The position numbers were made by a program, and so were the translations under genes. From contig CAYOAM010000001.1 of NCBI GenBank assembly GCA_964402035.1, positions 371,558-435,557 on the forward strand: a DNA stretch of 64,000 nt, read 5' to 3'. The stretch's first letter is position 1, and every line of letters begins with the position of its first letter. The stretch is from an uncultured Candidatus Saccharibacteria bacterium. Lineage in GTDB: Bacteria > Patescibacteriota > Minisyncoccia > Phycocordibacterales > UBA918. Below the pieces are notes generated by a model, which did no database searches, was not told the DNA's origin, and saw nothing but the letters and a program-made list of their open reading frames with translations. Shown here piece after piece: positions 39,442-48,523 of this stretch.

Positions 39442-41127
39442 TCACACCGAATCAGCGGGGTCAAAAACATACTCTGGCATGTGTGCAATCATCCATCCAA
39501 CAAACTGACTAAAGATGGGAGATGCACCGAAAAGGTTTGCTCGTGGACCTCGTTCCATCAACAATACAAATGCATATTTAGGTTTTTCGTATGGATAAAA
39601 TCCCACCACCCAAGAATTTACAAACTCTTTCCGCGATCCCAATTCTGCCGTACCTGTTTTTCCACCAAAATGAATGTCTGGCCGATTGAGCGCACGCGCA
39701 GTCCCTTCCGTCGCAGAAAGGCGCATACCTTCATGAATAATCTTTAGATGTTGCGGATTAATATCTATTTTTTCTGCAAGCTGCGCTTCGCCTTTCACTA
39801 TGAGCGGACGAAGCAACGTACCACCGTTTGCGATGGCGGCGTATGCACGCAACATTTCAATCGGTGTCACCTGAAATCCAAACTGTCCAATGGATGTATG
39901 ATAGGTATCCCCTAGTCTCCAATCGTCATCAAACACTTCCTTTTTCCAAACTGGATTTGGAATAACGCCGACAGATTCTCCTGGTAGTGCGATACCGGTC
40001 TTTGTATCAAAACCGAACCGATGCATGTAGTCATATATTTTTGTTATACCAAGACCTGGCTGATCACCAAATCCTCCACCGACATAATAAAAATATACGT
40101 TCGATGAAACCGAAATAGCATGCCGCATATCGACGTACCCATGCGCTCGCCAATCCATAAACACCGACGGCTGCGATGGATTGTATTTGTTTGGCAGAAT
40201 CAGTGAACCCGTGCTTAATATCTCTTTTTCAGGACTTATAATCCCTTCACCAAGTGCAGCAAGCGCCATAAAAGGTTTAACAACAGAACCGGGTGTATAA
40301 ATACCCGCAACAATTTTGTTCAAAAAAGGCAATCGGTCATCGGCATTGTATGCCGCCAACTCCTCTGCACTTCCGCGCGTCATAACCTCGGGATCAAAGG
40401 CCGGATAACTCGCGAGCGCTACAATTTCTCCCGTCTCAACATCCATAATGACTCCTGCACCGCTACGGAAGCCCACCTTGGTCGCTGACGTCGCTATTTG
40501 ATCATAGAGTGCCTCACTCAGCTTTGCATCAATAGTGAGCGAGATAGGGGTACCTGGCTCGGGTGCATGCACCACATGCTCGGATATCGTCTCTCCAAAT
40601 GCATCAACTTCAAGTAGCTGTTCACCATTGGTGCCATGCAACACGTCCCCAAATGATTCCTCGACACCACCGCGTCCCGTATAGTCAGTACGAAAATAGT
40701 AGCCGGCTTTGTCCTTTTTTGGATAATTGACGTACCCCAGGAGCTGCCCCAACCCTCTCCGGTCGGTATACACACGCTCGGCAAAATCGCTCGCATCATC
40801 ACTTTCTGCATTCCACGCAAGCCGCTCACCCGTTCGATCAAAAATGACTGCGCGCTCAGCAAAAATAATGTTTCGATCAAGATGATTGTTTACACTACGC
40901 TTGGCGTACGCCGCTCCCGATACGACCTGCAGTTGTATCAGTTGACCTAAAAATACCAAAGCTATGAGCGTAAAAAGCACCCCCACACCAAAGACACGAA
41001 AGCGTGTGAGCGGCTGCTCGAGTCGACCTTCTAACCGTCCACGATTAAATTCCGGAAGATTTGAAGCGTCCATAAAGATCTGCTCGACATCAATGGTTTT
41101 TTTCTTTCGGGGTTTTAAAAAAAACAT
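39442..41127 (-). CDS. mrdA: peptidoglycan D,D-transpeptidase, class B PBP2 (MrdA-like; elongasome copy)
   Basis: TM anchor, SxxK (SVVKP), SxN (SSN) and KTGTA motifs. Downstream of mreBCD. Confidence 0.85.
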   Translation of the reverse strand: MFFLKPRKKKTIDVEQIFMDASNLPEFNRGRLEGRLEQPLTRFRVFGVGVLFTLIALVFLGQLIQLQVVSGAAYAKRSVNNHLDRNIIFAERAVIFDRTGERLAWNAESDDASDFAERVYTDRRGLGQLLGYVNYPKKDKAGYYFRTDYTGRGGVEESFGDVLHGTNGEQLLEVDAFGETISEHVVHAPEPGTPISLTIDAKLSEALYDQIATSATKVGFRSGAGVIMDVETGEIVALASYPAFDPEVMTRGSAEELAAYNADDRLPFLNKIVAGIYTPGSVVKPFMALAALGEGIISPEKEILSTGSLILPNKYNPSQPSVFMDWRAHGYVDMRHAISVSSNVYFYYVGGGFGDQPGLGITKIYDYMHRFGFDTKTGIALPGESVGVIPNPVWKKEVFDDDWRLGDTYHTSIGQFGFQVTPIEMLRAYAAIANGGTLLRPLIVKGEAQLAEKIDINPQHLKIIHEGMRLSATEGTARALNRPDIHFGGKTGTAELGSRKEFVNSWVVGFYPYEKPKYAFVLLMERGPRANLFGASPIFSQFVGWMIAHMPEYVFDPADSV

Positions 41128-41138
41128 ATGTCAGTACG

Positions 41139-41405
41139 TTACACATAATCGACATCAGTGCCTCGGAGAAACGGTTTTATGCTTTCAGCCGCCACGATGA
41201 GTATACCCGCAGCAAGTGTATACGCAATCGGTACAGGAAAAATATGGTCTGCATTTCCAAAATGTAGATCAAGGACCATCGCAAAAAAGACGATTTCGTA
41301 TGCCGTATAGCGGAATACATAGATACAAGTACACAAAAGCGTCAGCCACCAAGGGCCCACAACGGCGATAGCAAAGAGTGCAATTCCAAAAGCAGTGTGC
41401 TGCAT
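41139..41405 (-). CDS. mreD: small polytopic membrane protein, possibly a short MreD
   Basis: 88 aa, ~3 TM. Sits in the mreD position between mreC and mrdA. The assignment is by synteny only. Confidence 0.35.
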   Translation of the reverse strand: MQHTAFGIALFAIAVVGPWWLTLLCTCIYVFRYTAYEIVFFAMVLDLHFGNADHIFPVPIAYTLAAGILIVAAESIKPFLRGTDVDYV

Positions 41406-41407
41406 AG

Positions 41408-42331
41408 TTATGGTGCTTCCGCCGTCGTCGAAGCTGTTGTTGAAGCGATAGGTAAGCTCTCGATTAGCGTCCCTATGCTCGAAGTTCCTTGCAGATAATG
41501 AGATTTTGTATAGGCAACCATACGTTCGGCCTCTTCAAACGATATCGGCTCAAGTGCCTTTGTATCAATCGCAACAAAGCGCAATGTATTGATCGGTGGT
41601 TGCATTGTGACATACGCATATTGCTCCGGTTTTGATGGATCAACCTCAAGATTTTCAACCAAACCAAAAACGGCGGAAGGTGTTGTCGGTATAACGACAG
41701 GATCCCGTAGGGAGACAGGAACTCCTTGCGGCACTCCGAGCCGTACAACACCACCACCCATCCCCGTACCGTGCACAAAAATATTGGCTCCATATATGTA
41801 CATAGGACTCTTGACGCCCGCGGTCGAAAACAGCACGACAAATGCACTACCCGGAAGCACGCGACCAACCGTACCGATAACTGCGCCATTGCCGTACACC
41901 AAAGCGCCTTCGACGATGCCGTCTGCCGACCCCTGATCAACAACCAATGAATCATACGGTGTTTCATAGGGTCGACGTACGATGTTTGCTACGATCCGTG
42001 ACGAGTTGGCACTACTCGCCATAGGAAACAATTTTTTTTCTTCCGCCAATATACGCACATAGAGTTCGTCAACATGTGCACGTACCAATCGCTCCCGCAG
42101 CTCCTCATTTTCTTGTTGCAGAGCAGCGCGCGAGCGAAAATAAAATGGAATCATCGAATCAGATGTCACGAGCCACACACGCACCACAGAAAGTGGAGCA
42201 ATCACATACGAAGTCAAAAAACTAAGGGGTCCCGAAAAAAAGAATACTCCAATGCACGCAACGGCGACAGCAAAAAACACGTTCCGTCGTGTGCGTGTTG
42301 TTCTAAAACGCTGCTGAGAATTCATTCTCAT
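41408..42331 (-). CDS. mreC: rod shape-determining protein MreC
   Basis: N-terminal TM + coiled-coil, then a Gly-rich beta-domain (VVDQGSADGIVEGALVYGNGAVIGTV). Confidence 0.75.
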   Translation of the reverse strand: MRMNSQQRFRTTRTRRNVFFAVAVACIGVFFFSGPLSFLTSYVIAPLSVVRVWLVTSDSMIPFYFRSRAALQQENEELRERLVRAHVDELYVRILAEEKKLFPMASSANSSRIVANIVRRPYETPYDSLVVDQGSADGIVEGALVYGNGAVIGTVGRVLPGSAFVVLFSTAGVKSPMYIYGANIFVHGTGMGGGVVRLGVPQGVPVSLRDPVVIPTTPSAVFGLVENLEVDPSKPEQYAYVTMQPPINTLRFVAIDTKALEPISFEEAERMVAYTKSHYLQGTSSIGTLIESLPIASTTASTTAEAP

Positions 42332-43373
42332 TATCTATAAGCACTTCAGCATACCGATCCATATGCTCAAGAATTATGCCAGTACCGCGGACGACCGATG
42401 TCAGTGGATCAGGGACCACAATCACCGATACCTGTAACACTTCTTCGAGGAGACCAGCAACTCCCGGTATGAGTGAACCACCACCCGCAAGATAGATACC
42501 GCGCTGCATTATATCAGAGAGGACTTCAGGAGGCGTACGCTCCAATACGTCTCGGACGGCCTCAACAATACTATCGATTGAATGTGATATTGCTTCACGG
42601 ATATCAGCGTCGGTGATCACCACTTCACGCGGTAATCCGGTCACCACATCACGACCACGGACCACTGTCTCACGAGCAGCATCAAGTCTCACGATCGATG
42701 CGAGCAATATCTTTACATCTTCGGCCGTCTTATCCCCGATTAATATTTTAAAGTGATCGCGAATATAACTGGTGACATCATCGTCCAGTGTATCGCCCGC
42801 CACGTGCAAATTTCGGGATACCACGATGCCATTGAGAGAAATAACCGCGATGTCGGTTGTACCACCCCCAATATCAATAATCATATTCCCGACAGGTAAA
42901 TGAACGGGGAGTTTCGCACCGATAGCCGCAGCCATCGGCTCCTCGACAAGAAATACTTCACGCGCGCCGGCATTGCGCGCCGCATCACGTGCCGCCCGCA
43001 TCTCAACGTTCGTAATCCCGGATGGAACACCAATAAGAACACGCGGACCAACGAGTGATCGTGAGTCAGCGCGCACCTTTGCTATTAAATATGCCAGCAA
43101 TTCTTCCGTCATCTCAAAATCTGAAATAACACCATCAACCAGCGGTCGCACTACTGCGATATGGGCTGGTGTGCGTCCCAGCATATTTTTTGCCGCCTTT
43201 CCAACAGCAACCAACTGATCCGTTTTTTTATTGATAGCCACTATGGTGGGCTCGTTGAGAATGATGCCCTTATTCTTTTGATATACGAGGGTGTTTGCCG
43301 TACCAAGATCAATCCCAATATCAGTTGAGATAGTACCTAAAATACGCTGCGCAATTCGCCTAAGCTGAATCAT
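42303..43373 (-). CDS. mreB: rod shape-determining actin homolog MreB
   Basis: Actin-fold motifs DIGIDLGTANT (phosphate 1), DIGGGTTD (phosphate 2), adenosine motif and GIYLAGGGSL. Confidence 0.9.
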   Translation of the reverse strand: MIQLRRIAQRILGTISTDIGIDLGTANTLVYQKNKGIILNEPTIVAINKKTDQLVAVGKAAKNMLGRTPAHIAVVRPLVDGVISDFEMTEELLAYLIAKVRADSRSLVGPRVLIGVPSGITNVEMRAARDAARNAGAREVFLVEEPMAAAIGAKLPVHLPVGNMIIDIGGGTTDIAVISLNGIVVSRNLHVAGDTLDDDVTSYIRDHFKILIGDKTAEDVKILLASIVRLDAARETVVRGRDVVTGLPREVVITDADIREAISHSIDSIVEAVRDVLERTPPEVLSDIMQRGIYLAGGGSLIPGVAGLLEEVLQVSVIVVPDPLTSVVRGTGIILEHMDRYAEVLIDNENEFSAAF

Positions 43374-44638
43374 GCTTCCGCCTCGTTACGATCAGGGGTT
43401 AAAAGTGCAAAAAGTTCATCCTCCGTAACAAAAGATACCGCACCTGATTTCCGCTCAACGACTTCAAACTTACCTTCTTCCTTTGTTTTCTTTCCGACAA
43501 CAACTCGGTATGGAAGTCCAATAAGATCACTGTCGGCAAATTTTTCTCCGGGACGAAGATCGCGATTATCGTACAACACTTCTATGCCCGCACTCTTGAG
43601 TGAAGCATAGATGCCGTCAACATAATCCTTCATTTCGGGCTGATCGAGTGATAGTCCTACCAAGTGTACGGTATACGGCGCAAGCGTTGCTGGCCACACT
43701 AATCCCTTTTCATCAGCAAACGTCTCAACGGCGACACCCATGAGTCGTGTAATACCAATACCGAAGCAACCCATGATTGGATACTGTGGAGCACCGGCCC
43801 GATCTTTATACGTGAAATTAAAATCGGTTGGATATTTGATACCTAAATCAAAAATATTACCTACCTCCGACGCCTTCGCGCGGGCCAACGTCCCGTTGTC
43901 GCAGCGCGTACATGCATCACCCTCTTTTTGGTCAGAAATCTCTACGTTTGCGCAGTACGAGCATGAAGAACAATATAAAATGTCATCCTCACCCGCATCA
44001 GTAAGCACCATAAACTCATACGAGAGTTTTTTGGTAAAACTACCACCCGAAGCTTCGGTTGCTTTTGCAATGAGTCCGCATCGTGTATAGACCCGCAAAT
44101 AGGCTTCTTTTGCCTCCGCATAAAATCTATCGAAATCTTCTTGCGTCTCATGAAATGAGTACATGTCTTTCATGGTGAACTCGCGCCCGCGCATGATACC
44201 GGATTTTGCACGCAATTCATCACGATATTTCTGTCCCATCTGATAGATAGCGACTGGCAAGTCTTTGTACGAAGAAATATACTCTTGTGCGATAGGGGTC
44301 ACAATCTCCTCTTCACTTTGCCCGACAGTATATTCTTTTTCGGTGCGACTCTGTATCTTAAAAACAACATCGACACTATCCCATGCGCCAGTTTTTTTCC
44401 ACGGTTCGGACGGATGCAATGTTGCCATGCGCACCTCGATTCCTCCAATAGCGTCCATCTCACTTCGTACTATTGCTTCTATTTTTTCGAGTACACGTCT
44501 GCCAAGTGGCAGATATGAATAGACCCCCGCCATCTCTTTATGAATAAAACCGGCACGGATCAATAGCTGTGCGTTTTTTGAAACTTCATCTTTTGGCGCT
44601 TCGCGCCGAGTCTTTGTAAAGAGTCGAGTCTGTCGCAT
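43370..44638 (-). CDS. proS: proline--tRNA ligase (short bacterial form lacking the INS editing domain)
   Basis: N-terminus MRQTRLFTKTRREAPKDEVSKNAQLLIRAGFI matches the bacterial ProRS start. Class II core and C-terminal anticodon-binding domain. 422 aa. Confidence 0.85.
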   Translation of the reverse strand: MRQTRLFTKTRREAPKDEVSKNAQLLIRAGFIHKEMAGVYSYLPLGRRVLEKIEAIVRSEMDAIGGIEVRMATLHPSEPWKKTGAWDSVDVVFKIQSRTEKEYTVGQSEEEIVTPIAQEYISSYKDLPVAIYQMGQKYRDELRAKSGIMRGREFTMKDMYSFHETQEDFDRFYAEAKEAYLRVYTRCGLIAKATEASGGSFTKKLSYEFMVLTDAGEDDILYCSSCSYCANVEISDQKEGDACTRCDNGTLARAKASEVGNIFDLGIKYPTDFNFTYKDRAGAPQYPIMGCFGIGITRLMGVAVETFADEKGLVWPATLAPYTVHLVGLSLDQPEMKDYVDGIYASLKSAGIEVLYDNRDLRPGEKFADSDLIGLPYRVVVGKKTKEEGKFEVVERKSGAVSFVTEDELFALLTPDRNEAEA

Positions 44639-44700
44639 ATCGCACTATTGTATAGGCAAAGGAATATGCGGTCAAAAAATCCGTATGTACGCACCAAAAT

Positions 44701-45792
44701 CTACCCGATCAGTCGCACTATATCGTTGTAGGTTACTGCGACCATAAGGAGCATGAGGAGAATAAACCCAAATGCATTAAGGCCATACGCAATTCTTGGT
44801 GCAATTGGCGAACCCTTAACCATCTCAACAATAACCATCAACAACCGTCCTCCATCAAGAGCTGGAAACGGTAGGACATTAATAACCGCCAAATTTAAGG
44901 ATATAAATGCCGTAAACATAATAAGTGACGTGAGGCCAAATGTTGCAGCATCACCCACAAGGCCTGCAATACCAATAGGTCCAGCGACACCTGAAAAATC
45001 TGCCTTAAACCTGACTGCATCGTACGCCAAACTAGCGATTCCAAGTGCAACAGCCTTTATACTTGAAAGCGTATACCCCGCCGCTTCATACATTGCCGTG
45101 TGAATCGGCATCGATGTTGTCTCTAGAAGCCCCATCGTGATACCGAGCACTTTTTTGTTTGGATCGTCAGCAACAAGACCTGCCGCAGACGAAATAGTCT
45201 CCACATGTTCTTTTTGGTTACGGACATAAGTGATGGCAACAGTCTCTTCATCCTGGATAAACGTTGATACCACACTCGGCTTCAAACGATCAGCATCTAC
45301 GCCATCAATGTTTTTTACCGACACAATGCTGTCACCCAACAGCAAACCTGCTTTTGCGGCAGGACTTTCTGGAAGTACCGAAAGTACGGTCAACGTGGCA
45401 TCGGCACTTGCCTCAGACTCATCGACGGCTGTACGTGTACCAACAGTAAACGCTATTGAAAAAAGAAACCATGCGAAAAGTACATTCATGGAAACACCTG
45501 CTATGAGCACGGCGATTTGTGCCAGAAAAGGGCGGTTGCCAAAAGCACGAACGCTATCTACATCTCCAGCAGCGGCATCTGCATCCTCCCCGTAGATTTT
45601 TACAAAGCCACCCAATGGAACAGCATTGAGTGTATAGACGGTCTCCCCTCTCTTCATACCAAATAAACGCGGTGGAAAACCAATACCAAATTCATCAACG
45701 CGCATGCCCGTCTTTTTTGCCACAATAAAATGACCGAACTCATGGACGAGCACTAGGACAAACAGCACTGCAATAAAAATAAGTGCGCTCAT
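44701..45792 (-). CDS. rseP: RIP metalloprotease RseP (site-2 protease) with PDZ domain
   Basis: HEFGHF zinc motif in TM1, central PDZ, C-terminal LDG motif (FPALDGGRLL). Confidence 0.85.
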   Translation of the reverse strand: MSALIFIAVLFVLVLVHEFGHFIVAKKTGMRVDEFGIGFPPRLFGMKRGETVYTLNAVPLGGFVKIYGEDADAAAGDVDSVRAFGNRPFLAQIAVLIAGVSMNVLFAWFLFSIAFTVGTRTAVDESEASADATLTVLSVLPESPAAKAGLLLGDSIVSVKNIDGVDADRLKPSVVSTFIQDEETVAITYVRNQKEHVETISSAAGLVADDPNKKVLGITMGLLETTSMPIHTAMYEAAGYTLSSIKAVALGIASLAYDAVRFKADFSGVAGPIGIAGLVGDAATFGLTSLIMFTAFISLNLAVINVLPFPALDGGRLLMVIVEMVKGSPIAPRIAYGLNAFGFILLMLLMVAVTYNDIVRLIG

Positions 45793-45797
45793 AATGG

Positions 45798-46349
45798 TTA
45801 TTGCTGTATTTCAGCTTCTTTACGTACCAACATATCATCGAGCGTCAGATTTCCTGCATCGATTCTTTTTTGCACACCCTCCTTGCACGCAAACTTTTCA
45901 TCTTCACTCATATCTCCACCTTTTTCTTTAGCATCGATATCTTTCATCACTTCATCACGAGATTTTCGCAGCGCTACACGCGCTTCTTCGAGTTTTGCTT
46001 TTGCAACCTTGAGTAGTTGCACCCTGCGCTCACTCGTAAGCTCCGGGAAAACGACGCGAATACCTTTGTCGTCCGTGACAACCGAGAGACCAAGATTTGC
46101 GTCCACAATAGCCTTTTCAATAGCTTTGATTTGATTTTTATCCCACGGTGATATACGAAGTGTACGAGCATCTTCGGTTCCAACTGAGCCTACTTGCTGC
46201 AGAGGCACTTTTGTCCCGTACGACTCCACATGCACCATATCGAGTAGTGTTGGTGTTGCACGACCTGTTCTGATGGAGGTAAACTCACGTGTCAACCATT
46301 CAGTAGTCTCTCTAATACGTCCCTCAAATGGTTTAAAATCATACGCCAT
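45798..46349 (-). CDS. frr: ribosome recycling factor
   Basis: 183 aa. Conserved RRF segments (IRTGRATPTLLD..., LSERRVQLLKVAK...). Confidence 0.9.
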   Translation of the reverse strand: MAYDFKPFEGRIRETTEWLTREFTSIRTGRATPTLLDMVHVESYGTKVPLQQVGSVGTEDARTLRISPWDKNQIKAIEKAIVDANLGLSVVTDDKGIRVVFPELTSERRVQLLKVAKAKLEEARVALRKSRDEVMKDIDAKEKGGDMSEDEKFACKEGVQKRIDAGNLTLDDMLVRKEAEIQQ

Positions 46350-46386
46350 ACCTTATGATAGCTTTACTACGGGCGCGACGCAAGAA

Positions 46387-47013
46387 TTAACGTTGTATGG
46401 GTAGCGCAAGTGAAAGATGCTCAAGCAACATCTTTACCGATGATCCTCGAGCGAGAAAATGCCGCGAAACCACCGCAAGATCCCTAAGCACCGCGGTATG
46501 CATGGACGCATGAAAGATTTCTTCAAGCGAAGAAATGAGTTCACCACACCACGCCATATCCTTTGCCTTATGCCGACGAGCTATTTCTTCAAATCGTTGT
46601 GCATATGACAGCGCCAAAAAATCGGATGCCACGCGATGCTCTATTCGTGTATGCAAAAGACGGACCACTTCAAAACGAGAACGTAACGTAGGGAGGATGC
46701 GATCATCGCGGTCGATCGAAAGCACAAATGCACTCGTCAGCGGAGGATCTTCAAAAAGTTTCAAAAGTGCGTTCTGCGCCTCATGTGTGACGTTGTCAGT
46801 ACGGATAACAAATACGCGATACGGCCTAACTACGGGTCGCTGATACGCGTACTGTTGCAGTGCCCGCACTTCCTCAATGCCAAATACCGTATAAACAAAC
46901 GCTTGGTAGTCAGGATTTCCTACCGTATCCTCGTCCACTATGCCATGCAGACTTGATGCCTTTTGTTGGGCAGCTTCCCAGGATCCTACAAGTAGATATG
47001 CATGATGCGCCAT
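46387..47013 (-). CDS. holB: DNA polymerase III delta-prime-like clamp-loader subunit (short)
   Basis: HAYLLVG start, sensor motif EAQNALLKLFEDPP (matching AANALLKTLEEPP), and SRC-like LRSRF. No Walker A, as expected for delta-prime. Confidence 0.55.
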   Translation of the reverse strand: MAHHAYLLVGSWEAAQQKASSLHGIVDEDTVGNPDYQAFVYTVFGIEEVRALQQYAYQRPVVRPYRVFVIRTDNVTHEAQNALLKLFEDPPLTSAFVLSIDRDDRILPTLRSRFEVVRLLHTRIEHRVASDFLALSYAQRFEEIARRHKAKDMAWCGELISSLEEIFHASMHTAVLRDLAVVSRHFLARGSSVKMLLEHLSLALPIQR

Positions 47014-47042
47014 ACACTAGCAGTATACCGTCACCAAAGCAG

Positions 47043-48479
47043 TTACGCAGCTTGCTGCATACCAGCCATCACAACACGACGCACAAAATGTTCAACAAGC
47101 TCACGTTCAATCGGCAGTAGTTTGTATGCATCGCGCCACGCTCGCAGATTTTCACCGACATTATTAAACGTCTCAGGACGGATTTCTTTTGGAATAGTGC
47201 CATCATTATGGAGCAAGTCTTCAATCATGATATGTCGTACCGCAATCCAATCGGGATGCTGCGTGCCCGACTGCCCACCGATGCCGAGGAAACCTGTGGT
47301 ACCTAACCAACGCGTAAGCAAATCATTGAGACCTTTTGTCACCTCAGGGGCCAACAGCGGATCGATCGGTGTACTTTCTCTGAGCACTGCAGCATTTGCA
47401 TCACCCACATTCTTTTGCTTTTCAGTTAGAATGCTCCCTGCGGTCACTACACCAGAAGCAGGAGCACGGGGCACTGCTACTGGTGCAGACGGAACAGCAT
47501 CTGGTCTTGGAATTGATGGCGTCGTCACCGCTTCATTACTCTGTTTATTGATCACGATGTCGAGTGGTGCATCGACATGCTTACTGGTGCCATAATTGGT
47601 CGGCGCAGAAACATCGACTGGTGGAGGTGGAGGGACAGCAGCCTCCACAACTGGCTTAGTGAGAATTGAGACACGCGCTTTCAGAACGGCAGGCGGAGGG
47701 ACGGATGCTGCTGCCGATGGAGGAGTGGTTTCTGGCTTCGGCACATGACTATCTTTTCCCACAACCATACGTACTGATTCCGCTTGTTTTTTCAAACCCT
47801 CCAAACGCTGCTCTAAAGCAGGTATATCAATACCTGCAGTTATTGATGCAAGTGCCGCTCGAATCTCAAGCAACTCTTTTACATACTCGCGATACCCAGT
47901 CGTCGTATCATTGAGCCACTGAAATGCTCTTCCACGTCCAAATGCAATGAGCTCATCGTTTGTCTTTTCGAGCCGAGTGCGCAAGGCCTGTATTGCAGTA
48001 TCCACTCCTGTGCCCGCCGAAGTTTCCGACACTGCTACTACGGGTTCGGCTTGAGGTACTGGCACGGGCGCTGAAGTAACCGAAGCCGCAACGGGTGCTC
48101 CAAAATCAGGTCCTCGCTTTCGCGGAGCAGAAACGACCGCATCTACAGACGATCGTGCGGGGTCGACTGACTGGACTTCTATCTTTTTTGATACGACAAC
48201 AGGAGCAGGTGCGTCAGGTGTAGTAGGCGCAGATGCAGGTTGTGTGGCTGGAAGCGCTGCCACAGGAACAAGAAAGTGGGCAAGCGTTTTTAATTGTGCG
48301 TCAACATGAGCAGGAGTTCCACCTCCTCGCGCAAGCTGCATAAGTTCATCACGAAGTGTATTGTACGCCGCACGCTCAACATCATTAAAAGAAGCAGATG
48401 CTTTCTGAAGCGTCACAAACATACGCGCACGATCGGCAGCATTTTTTATATCAAAATTCTGAGGAGCATTTCCGTTCAT
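47043..48479 (-). CDS. hypothetical protein with a long Pro/Ala/Val-rich low-complexity linker
   Basis: 478 aa. A structured N-terminal ~110 aa, a >200-aa P/A/V-rich region (PPPPVDVSAPTNY...) and a C-terminal ~120-aa domain. No signal peptide seen. Confidence 0.5.
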   Translation of the reverse strand: MNGNAPQNFDIKNAADRARMFVTLQKASASFNDVERAAYNTLRDELMQLARGGGTPAHVDAQLKTLAHFLVPVAALPATQPASAPTTPDAPAPVVVSKKIEVQSVDPARSSVDAVVSAPRKRGPDFGAPVAASVTSAPVPVPQAEPVVAVSETSAGTGVDTAIQALRTRLEKTNDELIAFGRGRAFQWLNDTTTGYREYVKELLEIRAALASITAGIDIPALEQRLEGLKKQAESVRMVVGKDSHVPKPETTPPSAAASVPPPAVLKARVSILTKPVVEAAVPPPPPVDVSAPTNYGTSKHVDAPLDIVINKQSNEAVTTPSIPRPDAVPSAPVAVPRAPASGVVTAGSILTEKQKNVGDANAAVLRESTPIDPLLAPEVTKGLNDLLTRWLGTTGFLGIGGQSGTQHPDWIAVRHIMIEDLLHNDGTIPKEIRPETFNNVGENLRAWRDAYKLLPIERELVEHFVRRVVMAGMQQAA

Positions 48480-48523
48480 ACGATACCACTACTATAGCAT
48501 CACCCAAATCGGCAACCGAGATG

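Noticed and set aside
47002-47595. 197-aa plus-strand ORF overlapping the Pro-rich gene
   Set aside because: It is the antisense mirror of a low-complexity P/A/V-rich coding region, giving an S/T/G/R-rich artefact. The minus-strand gene has a defined N-terminal domain and an operon context.
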